DNA of 32,897 nucleotides from Cyanobacteria bacterium P01_H01_bin.15 (GTDB lineage Bacteria > Cyanobacteriota > Cyanobacteriia > Cyanobacteriales > JAAUTE01): NCBI GenBank assembly GCA_038750375.1, contig JBCDHF010000003.1:1-32897 (forward strand), given 5' to 3'. Shown piece by piece: positions 18,163 to 27,500 of the stretch. The notes under the pieces are model-generated. The model made no database searches. It was not told the DNA's origin and was given only the letters and a program-made list of their open reading frames with translations. The position numbers and the translations under genes are program-made. Every line of letters begins with the position of its first letter. Position 1 is the stretch's first letter.

Positions 18163-19908
18163 ATGACAGAGCCTGCAGATAGTCTTCTTCCGCAGTCACA
18201 ATCAGCTTCCTCGGACTCCCTTATCCGAAAATTGGAGCAGTTGACCCCTGCTCAGCGTCGACAACTCCGTCAAAAACTTGGGCAGCGATCGTTGAATGGC
18301 AACGACTTAATCGCCAAAGTGCTTAGTGCTCTAGGTATTACCCATGTCTATGGCATTTCGGGAGTGCCGGTTCATCAGTTACTGGGTCAATGTGCCCGAG
18401 CTGGTATTCGCGTAGTTTGTGGTCGTCACCAACAGGGAGCCACACTAATGGCTGCGAGCCATAATTACGCTGCTGGTAAGTTAGTCGCAGCCGTAATTGT
18501 GTCTTCGGGACCCGCGATTACCAACACAACCACGGGAGTCCTCGTTGCTTGGGATAATGCTTGGCCACTTTTAGTGATCGGTGGTGGTCGAGGCGATGGA
18601 CCGCCTGGCATGTTTCAAGCCCTTGATACTCAACCGATATTCACGCCAATCACAAAAGCCGTCTTTCATCTCTGCTCTGCTCAGGAGATTATTTCAACGC
18701 TGAGCAGAGCCGCTGATCTCGCCATCAGCGATCGCCCCGGACCCGTGTATATTGAGCTGGATCAATCAGTACTAACCCAAACCGCAAGCTTAACTGCCGA
18801 CCTTTCTCCACCCCGTCCGTCCTTCCCCTCATTCGAGCCAACTGCGATTGCCCAGGCTGCAGCCTTACTACAACAAGCCGAGCGCCCCTTATTAGTCTTT
18901 GGTAAAGGCGTGCGCTGGTCAGAGCCTTATGTCGAACTTGCTCAGCTAACCGGTTTAGGAATACCGTTTGTTGCCTCACCGATGGGACAGGGCTATTTGC
19001 CTGATGATGATTCAGCGAATGTTACCCCAGCGGGTTCTTTGGCTCTATCAACGGCGGACGTCGTTTTAAGTGTGGGAGCCCGTTGGAACTGGACTTTTCG
19101 CTTTGGGGCAGAGTTGGCTGAGAATGCCCAATTAATTCAAATTGATGTTCACGAGCCAGAATTGGGTTTGAATGTAAAACCCGCTGTGGGAATTGTGGGC
19201 GATGCGCAAGCGATTTTACAAGCCTTACTAATGAAATTGGGTTCCACTAGTTGGCAGTCAAAGTCTGGAACCGCAGCCTGGCGAGCGCAGCTCGCTACTG
19301 CGTCTCAAGAAAAACAGCAATATTGGCGATCGCGTATTGACCCGACTCAATTGCCCCTGAATTTGCAGACCATGTATGATGCCATTCTGCCTTTGCTGCC
19401 CCGGGACGCAATTACGGTCTTAGAGGGCAACTTCACCTTGGAAGCCGGACTCAGACTAGTGCCCTGTTACCGTCCAGCGAGTCGCTTTACGAATGGAAGT
19501 AATGGGTGTGTGGGAGTAGGGCTACCCTTTGCCATTGGGGCGAAAATCGCCAATCCTGATCGGCTTGTAATTGCTGTTAGCGGAGATTTATCCTTTGGAA
19601 TGACGGCGTTGGAACTGGAAACAGCAGTCAGATACCAGGTTCCCATCGTAATACTGGTTGCCAATAATCAAGGCTTTTGTGGATCTCTCTATCAACATCA
19701 GAACTATGGCATTGATTATCCCGAACGAGTCACGATGTTTGTCCCCAACGCCCAGTATGAAGTGCTCGCCACGGCATTTGGCGGATTCGGTGCAACTGTG
19801 CAAACGGCCTCAGAATTAACCGCCGCCATAACAGACGCAATTGCGGCAAATGTCCCGGCTTGCATTAACGTGCAAATTGACCCCACTGCACCCAACCCTC
19901 GCCATTAA
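18163..19908 (+). CDS. ThDP-dependent enzyme, oxalyl-CoA decarboxylase / 2-hydroxyacyl-CoA lyase-like, with an N-terminal docking-like extension
   Basis: GITHVYGISGVPV, SSGPAITN, WPLLVIGG, RPGPVYIEL, PLLVFGKG, SPMGQG, ADVVLSVGARWNW and the ThDP motif GDLSFG...ELETAVRY...NNQG. It reads RHQQ where the family has RHEQ/RNEQ. It starts 3 nt after the A-T gene stop. Confidence 0.85.
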   Translation: MTEPADSLLPQSQSASSDSLIRKLEQLTPAQRRQLRQKLGQRSLNGNDLIAKVLSALGITHVYGISGVPVHQLLGQCARAGIRVVCGRHQQGATLMAASHNYAAGKLVAAVIVSSGPAITNTTTGVLVAWDNAWPLLVIGGGRGDGPPGMFQALDTQPIFTPITKAVFHLCSAQEIISTLSRAADLAISDRPGPVYIELDQSVLTQTASLTADLSPPRPSFPSFEPTAIAQAAALLQQAERPLLVFGKGVRWSEPYVELAQLTGLGIPFVASPMGQGYLPDDDSANVTPAGSLALSTADVVLSVGARWNWTFRFGAELAENAQLIQIDVHEPELGLNVKPAVGIVGDAQAILQALLMKLGSTSWQSKSGTAAWRAQLATASQEKQQYWRSRIDPTQLPLNLQTMYDAILPLLPRDAITVLEGNFTLEAGLRLVPCYRPASRFTNGSNGCVGVGLPFAIGAKIANPDRLVIAVSGDLSFGMTALELETAVRYQVPIVILVANNQGFCGSLYQHQNYGIDYPERVTMFVPNAQYEVLATAFGGFGATVQTASELTAAITDAIAANVPACINVQIDPTAPNPRH

Positions 19909-19945
19909 CTTGGTTTGGCTACGCATATGTGCAGCAGCAATTATC

Positions 19946-21475
19946 ATGTCTGATTCGCCACTCTCTCGTAAACTCGCCAATCTCTCGCCAGTACAGTTAG
20001 CAAAATTGCGATCGCGGCTGAAGGCTAAACCGTCCGAGATTCAGCCTCGGTCGCAAGTCACCGACTTTCCCGATGACTTAAAACGTTCACTTAATGGTTT
20101 CGATGCTTGGAAGGCCACCCCTAATCAATCCCTGCTGTGGTTTTTAGATCAAAGTCTGGGATCTAATGCAGTCTATAACGTAGTGCGTTCAGTTCGTCTA
20201 TACGGTCCTTTAAATATTCCGGCGTTTCAACAGGCATTACATACGATAGTTCAACGCCACGAAGCTTTAAGGACGAATTTTCAGAGTATTGACCGCGTTC
20301 CTTATCAAATTATCGACAACAACAGCGATCGTTTCAAGGTGCCAGTCGTTGATTTGCGTTCAGTCGATCTAGCTCAAAAGGAATATGCATTACAAAAACA
20401 ATTTCGAGAACTTGGTCAGAAGCCATTTAATCTAGCTCAGGATTTGCTCATTCGCGTCACCATTATTCAACTCGATAATGACCGGTTCGGACTGTCGTTC
20501 TCCTTGCATCATATCATTTGCGATGGCTGGTCCCTGGGTGTTTTATCTAAAGAGCTCTCTACCTTATATCAGGCCTACTGCAACGGCCAAACTTCACCTT
20601 TGTCTCTACCTAAACTGCAATATGCAGATTATGGTCTCTGGCTGCAAACTGGGTTAAAGAAAGAATCACAGGAGCAAGCACGTCGCTATTGGCAGGAAAA
20701 ATTAGCAGGCGAATTGCCCATTCTAGAACTGCCTTGTGATCGCCCTAGAAAAAACGAGCAAACTTACAGTGGTCGCTTAACGACATTTGTTTTTGAGTCC
20801 GCATTATTCAACAGTCTTAAACAACTCGCTAATGAAACTGGAACGTCTTTATTTATGGTTTTATTGGCAAGTCTAAAAGTCTTGTTACATTGCTACACCC
20901 AACAGACTGATATTATCATTGGCTCGCCTATTGCCAACCGCAGCCGTCCTGAAATTGAGGGGACCATTGGCTTTTTTGTTGATTATTTGCCATTACGCAC
21001 CGATTTATCTAACAATCCATCATTTATTGAGCTGTTGACCCGGATACGCCAAACAACTCTAGACGCCTATACTCACGCCTATCCCTTTGCCAAGGTTCTC
21101 AGATTGCTAGAAGTAAAGCACGATCGCATCCGACCCCCTGTTTTCTCTGTGATGATGACGATGCAAAATGTTCCTTCCCCTGATTTAGAGTTAGACAGCG
21201 TAAAGCTATCCGGTTATCGGTCGACAGATAAACCGCCCATGTCTCGAACGTCAATTGTTGGCTATGAATTTCGCACCGATATTGAAGCAGCCCGGTTCGA
21301 CTGGACTATTTTGCTTAAAGAGAATCAAGGAGAGCTATCGGCCGTGTTTGAAGCAAATCGAGATCTGTTTGAACCAGAAACAATTCAACGAATCATCGAT
21401 TATTGGCAAACTATACTAGCGGCGATCGTCGCGAACCCTGACTACGCAATCGCAGAATTTTGCTCACCAAGTTAA
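19946..21475 (+). CDS. Stand-alone NRPS condensation domain protein
   Basis: ATG at 19946 (MSDSPLSRKLANLSPVQLAKLRSRL). Contains RHEALRTNF, intact HHIICDGWS, LQYADY, IGSPIANR and IGFFV, with no A or T domain. Confidence 0.9.
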   Translation: MSDSPLSRKLANLSPVQLAKLRSRLKAKPSEIQPRSQVTDFPDDLKRSLNGFDAWKATPNQSLLWFLDQSLGSNAVYNVVRSVRLYGPLNIPAFQQALHTIVQRHEALRTNFQSIDRVPYQIIDNNSDRFKVPVVDLRSVDLAQKEYALQKQFRELGQKPFNLAQDLLIRVTIIQLDNDRFGLSFSLHHIICDGWSLGVLSKELSTLYQAYCNGQTSPLSLPKLQYADYGLWLQTGLKKESQEQARRYWQEKLAGELPILELPCDRPRKNEQTYSGRLTTFVFESALFNSLKQLANETGTSLFMVLLASLKVLLHCYTQQTDIIIGSPIANRSRPEIEGTIGFFVDYLPLRTDLSNNPSFIELLTRIRQTTLDAYTHAYPFAKVLRLLEVKHDRIRPPVFSVMMTMQNVPSPDLELDSVKLSGYRSTDKPPMSRTSIVGYEFRTDIEAARFDWTILLKENQGELSAVFEANRDLFEPETIQRIIDYWQTILAAIVANPDYAIAEFCSPS

Positions 21476-21525
21476 GCCGTTTCTAGAGAAAGATTTACTA
21501 AAATTTATACCCAATCCTCCAAGTT

Positions 21526-24500
21526 ATGACATCTATAAACGATCGCCTCTCTAAACTCAGCCCAGCTCAGCGCCAACTGCTGACCCAAAAATTGCGGCAG
21601 AAACAGAGTCAGATTGCGCCACGCCCTGCTGAACAAAGCGCCTCTCTATCGTTAGCCCAGCAACGTCTGTGGCTACTCAATCGATTAGAGCCTGACAGTG
21701 CTGCCTACAATTTCCCTTGCTTTTTGTCATTCCAGGGCGACCTCAAAATCGACATTTTGGAACGCGCCCTGAACGAGATTATCCGTCGTCATGAGGTTTT
21801 GCGATCATGTTTTCCGGAAGTTGAGGGTCAACCCACTGTTGAAATAGCCACTGAACTCATACTCACGCTCCAACGCATGGATCTAAGCCAGCTAGCCGAG
21901 GCTGAACAACAACAAAGATTTCAGCAGCTGGCCCATCAAGAAGCCCAAGCTCCATTTGATATTACACAAGGACCCTTAATCCGTGCCAAGCTACTTTATC
22001 GTGGCCCACAGAACCATATCTTACTGCTGACGTTACATCATATTGTCTTTGATGCATGGTCTAGAGGGATTTTTAATCGCGAATTACAAGCTCTATATAC
22101 AGCCTTTGCCGAGAACAACCCATCGCCGCTTGCGGATTTACCTATTCAATACGCAGACTTTGCCTACTGGCAGCAGCAATGGTTGACGAACCAGAGAGTT
22201 CAGACCCAGTTAGGATACTGGCGTCAGAAACTAGCAAATATCCCCGCAGTATTGGAACTGCCTAACGATCGAGCACAGACAGCGACAAAATCGGATAGAG
22301 AGAAACATTTATTCTGGACGCTGGAGGCAGAGGAGACAAAGCGGCTTCAATCTTTTAGTAAAGAGCAAGGATGTACTGTCTTCATGACGTTGCTTGCCGC
22401 CTTCAAGATTTTATTGGCACGGTTATCGGGTCAGACCGATATTTTTGTGGGGATACCGGTAGCTGGGAGAACGCGCTTGGAAGTAGAACCATTACTGGGC
22501 TTCTTTGTTAATACTCTTGTATTGCGTAGTGACCTAGCATCAACACAAACGTTTACTCAACTGCTTGCTCAAGTTCGCGAAACTACTTTGACTGCCCAGG
22601 AAAATCAAGATGTTCCCTTTGAAAAGGTGATTGAGGAATTAAATCCAGAGCGAATTCTAAATCGCAAGCCCCTCTGTCAAATTTGGTTCAACATGGTAAG
22701 CCTCGCCGAAGAAAGGCCTTCGATCAAGGATCTTGAAGTAAAATCACTCCCGTTTAGACCTCCCAATTCTAAATTTGACTTAGGCGTTTATATAAGACAG
22801 CCCCAAACAAACTATCAAATTGATTTCGCCTACAGTGCTAACCTATTTAGCAAAGAGCGCATCGAAATATTGCTCGGGCAATATAAACAATTGCTGATGC
22901 AAGTCATCGAGCAGCCAGAAACTGCGATCGCAAACTACTCACTAGCCACACCCGGGCTGATAGCACAGTCGATTCTGCCAGATCCTAAACTCGCGCTAGT
23001 TGAGGAGCCTTTTGAGCCCGTAACTAAGCTGCTTACAACCTGGGCAGATCGTCATCCCGATTCCGTTGCGATTAGTCAAGGAGAGCAGAAGTGGTCTTAT
23101 CGGGAGCTGCGAGAAAAATCCTATCAATGTGCGCAAACGCTAATTGTCAATGGAATGAAGCCGGGAGATACGGTGGCAGTTTCCGGCGATCGTAGTTTTG
23201 GTCTGATTGTTGCAATGTGGGGCATTTTATTCAGTGGTGGCGTCCTACTTACTCTCGATCCGACCTTACCTCAGAAACGCAAAGAGAGAATGCTCGCGCT
23301 AAGTGAAGCGAAGTATATTTTGTACGTTGGCAATTTGCTTCCTGAGGATAACTGGCTAGAAAAGCAATCAGAATTACTTCATCTCAGCGCCCTAACGGGG
23401 GACATTAAAGATGACAAATTACTGACTGATACTGATGCTTCGCTTTCATTACCCGAACTGCAGCGTTCAGCGTATATCTTTTTTACCTCTGGGACCACGG
23501 GCACTCCCAAAGGAATTTTAGGAACGCATCAAGGTCTAGCCCATTTCTTATACTGGCAACGCCATACTTTTTCAGTCCAGCCGGGCGATCGGGTTGCCCA
23601 ATTAACAGGGCTCTCGTTTGATGTGGTTCTGCGGGAAATATTTCTGCCTTTGAGCAGCGGGGCAAGGCTGTGTCTTCCCCCTGCTTCAGCGGATTTGTCT
23701 CCAGTATCGATTTTGCCGTGGTTAGATCAGCAGCAAATTTCGATCCTTCACATTGTCCCTTCTCTAGCCCAAGTCTGGATCAACGATCTTCCAGAGCAAA
23801 ATTCTCTATCTAACTTGCGCTGTTTATTCTTTGCCGGAGAACCATTATTCGATAAATTAGTACTTCAATGGCGTCATTGCTTATCAAACAGTTGTCGAAT
23901 CATCAATCTTTACGGTCCAACTGAAACGACGCTTGCTAAATGTTATTTTGAAATCCCGAAAACGCCGCCTACAGGCGTACAGCCAGTTGGGACCTCCCTA
24001 CCCGGGAGCCAGGCGTTAGTTTTAGCAGATCATCAGCGTCTATGCGGCGTAGGGGAACCGGGCGAAATTGTGATCCGAACACCATACCGAACAGCTGGGT
24101 ATCTCAAAAATCCAGAAGAAAATACACGTCGATTTGTCCCTAATTCAGCTCGTGAGGATGAGAACGATCTGTTGTACTTCACTGGCGATAGCGGACGATA
24201 TCGCCCTGACGGGCAACTAGAGATCTTGGGTCGCTTAGATAATCAAATCAAAATCAGAGGCGTTCGGGTTGAATTAGGAGAAATTAGCAGTCTTTTAGAA
24301 GCAATAGAGGAGATCAAAAATCAGTTTGTAATGGTTCGGGAAGACACGCCAGATGACAAAAAAATTGTGGCATACGTGGTTCCTGCACCCGGCAAAACAA
24401 TTGAGACGTACAAACTTCGAGAACGGCTCAGATTACATCTTCCTCAATATATGATGCCCAGTGCATTTGTAATGCTACCCGTGCTTCCCCTCACTCCCAA

Positions 24501-27500
24501 TGGGAAAGTGGATCATCAAGCTCTTCCTGCACCAGAACCAGTCATCGATATCTCTGAATTTATTACGCCAGAGACTCCTACAGAAAAAACTCTCAGCAGG
24601 ATTTGGGAAGAGGTTCTGAATACAGAGCAGGTTAGCGCAACAGCTGATTTCTTTGAGCTAGGAGGCCATTCTTTACTTGCCGTGAAACTGATCTCACGAA
24701 TTCGGCAGCAGCTAGATTGTGAGATTCCTATTCGTGAGCTATTCGCTTGTTTAACTATAAGAAATCTTGCCAAGTACATTCACTCCAGATCAACTTCTTC
24801 TCCCGTTAAAAAACGCCTCTCTCAATTAAGTCCAAAACAGCATCAATTACTCGCTAAAAAACTAGAGCAGAGAAAAAATCAAATCTCCACTCAATCCAGA
24901 GATCCGGAAGCCCCCCTTCCTTTATCTCTGGCTCAACAGCGGCTATGGTTCATTGATGAATTAGAAGGTCAAAGTCCCCTTTACAATCTTTCTTTGATCC
25001 TGGAATTTGAAGGCGCGGTCAATCCAACTTTTCTGGAACAAAGTTTGCGCATCATTATCCAACGGCATAAAATTCTGCGCGCTCAAATCACCGCAGATGA
25101 CGGAATCCCTTGCCTAGCTTTTCGCGACGAGAGCACTTGGAAGTTTAACACCCTCGATTTTAGCCACATTCCGTCAGAAGACAGAGAAGCTCACGTTCAT
25201 CAAGCCCTGAAAGCAGAGCTGATGAGCCCCTTTGCTCTTAATCAGGATTGGCTAATTCGAGCCGCCCTACTCCAAAAGGATACAGAAAAATCAACGTTGG
25301 TAATTGTGACCCATCACATCGTTTCCGATGGCTGGTCTACTGGAATTTTACGCACCGAGTTATCAGCGCTTTATGAAGCATATGTTCAGAATCAAGAACC
25401 GTCTCTACCCCCGCTACCAATTCAATATGCCGACTATAGCATTTGGCAACGGCAGCAATTTGAAACAGATTACTTAAAACCCCATACTGATTATTGGCGG
25501 TTGCAACTAACAGGAACGCCTCCTCTCATAGAACTGCCCCTGGACCGCCCGCGCCCTGCAATTCTTTCCTATCGTGGACAGCATTTGCGTTCAGTCCTAA
25601 GTGCCGAACAAGCGTCAAAACTCACGAAGCTTGGTCAACAGCGGGGAATGACTCTATTTATGGTGCTGTTAGCCGCATTTCAGACTCTGTTATTTCGCTA
25701 TTCCGGACAGCCGGACATTGTTGTTGGAACCCCGATCGCTAACCGTAATCGGACAGAGATTGAATCGTTAATCGGTTTCTTTGCCAATACTCTTGTGCTC
25801 AGAAGCCAATTCGAGTCAGCCCAATCCTTTGAAGACCTTTTGTTCAAAGTTAAGGAAACTACCCTCAACGCATACGCTTACCAAGATTTTCCGTTTGAGC
25901 AAGTCGTAGAAATCCTTCAACCACAGAGGAATTTGAGCTACTCGCCTGTTTTCCAGGTGATGTTCGCGCTGCAAAATTTGCCGCCCGTCACTGAGACGCT
26001 AGGCGATATTACCTGGCAACGAATATCAGTCTCAACTGAAACCGCTAAGTTCGACTTAGGACTTTTCGTGCGAGAAGCTGCATCAGGGCTTAACTTAACT
26101 TGGGAATATAATACTGACCTGTTTGATATGGCAACTATCGAACGTATGGCTCAGCATTTTTCAGTGTTGCTCGACGGCGTTATTGCTAACCCAGCTAGAG
26201 AGATCGCTTGTTTACCCATCTTGACTGACCCAGAACGTTCTCACTTGCTGGTTGAATTGAACAATACAGCAACAGATTATCCACGGGATAAGTGCCTCCA
26301 TGAGCTGTTTGAAGAGCAAGCCAGAAAGACACCAAATACGATCGCGATCGAGGATCACAACCAATCCATAACCTATCAGGAGCTGGATCAGCAGGCTGAA
26401 CAATTGGCTGCTTATCTGGGCTCAAAAGGAATTGCGGTCGAGTCAACGGTTGGTCTGTTTCTGGATCGATCCCTGTCAATGATAATTGCCGTTCTTGCGA
26501 TCCTAAAAGCGGGGGCGGCGTATGTGCCATTAGATTTAAACTATCCGGCCGCTAGAATTGAATATATGTTGTCCAATTCCGAGGCGAGTCAGGTTCTGAC
26601 AACCCGCTCACTGTCTGGTCGGCTACCCGCCTCAATCACAACGATCTGTATTGATCAACCGCTTACTGCTCCCATCGCTCACACCCAAAGCGCACAGGCA
26701 AGTCCAGATAACTTAGCTTATCTTATCTATACGTCTGGTTCAACGGGGAAACCCAAAGGCGTTGCAATGACTCATAAGACTTTAGTCAATCTCATTCAAT
26801 GGCAATGTGATCAGTCAGAATCCCAACAACGAACTCTCCAATTTTCGCCCATTAGTTTTGATGTGTCCTGTCAAGAAATATTCTCTACTTGGGCATCCGG
26901 CGGAACTCTCGTCTTAATTACAGAAGAAACCCGTCAAGATTTTGGCGCTTTCTTTGATTATTTGACCCATCAGAAAATTAATCGACTCTTTTTGCCCTTT
27001 GTCGCACTTCAAGGACTTGCTGAAATTGGTCAAAATCGCGATTTTCCTGGCTCTTTGCAGGAAGTGATCACGGCGGGTGAAGCGCTTAAGATTAGTCCTG
27101 CGATCGCAAAATTTTTCGAGAAAGGGTCTAGCTGTCGTTTGCAAAATCAGTATGGCCCTTCAGAAACGCATGTAGCCATCGCTTTTTCGTTAACTGGAGC
27201 ACCAGACACTTGGGCAACATTTCCGCCCATTGGCCAGCCTATCGCCAATGCCCTTGTTTACTTGCTGGATGGCATGCATCAAATTGTTCCGATTGGCATT
27301 CCTGGTGAAATATATATTGGTGGAACTGCGATCGCACGAGGCTATCACAACCTACCGGAGCAAACTGAAGCTAAGTTCATTGATAACCCATTTGGGCCAG
27401 GGCGTCTGTACAAAACGGGAGATTTAGGACGGTACCGAACCGATGGTGCAATCGACTACCTTGGTCGGTCCGATCGCCAAGTCAAAATACGAGGATTCCG

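Noticed and set aside
18163-19908. Housekeeping acetolactate synthase large subunit
   Set aside because: It lacks ALS-type motifs (GYPGG, GMHG, MVRQWQ). Its motifs (GVPV, GKG, PMG, GARxNW, ELETAVRY) are Oxc/HACL-like.
19841-19945. Extended N-terminus of the stand-alone C gene overlapping the ThDP gene
   Set aside because: ATG at 19946 avoids the overlap and places the docking-like motif at the N-terminus, as in the other genes.
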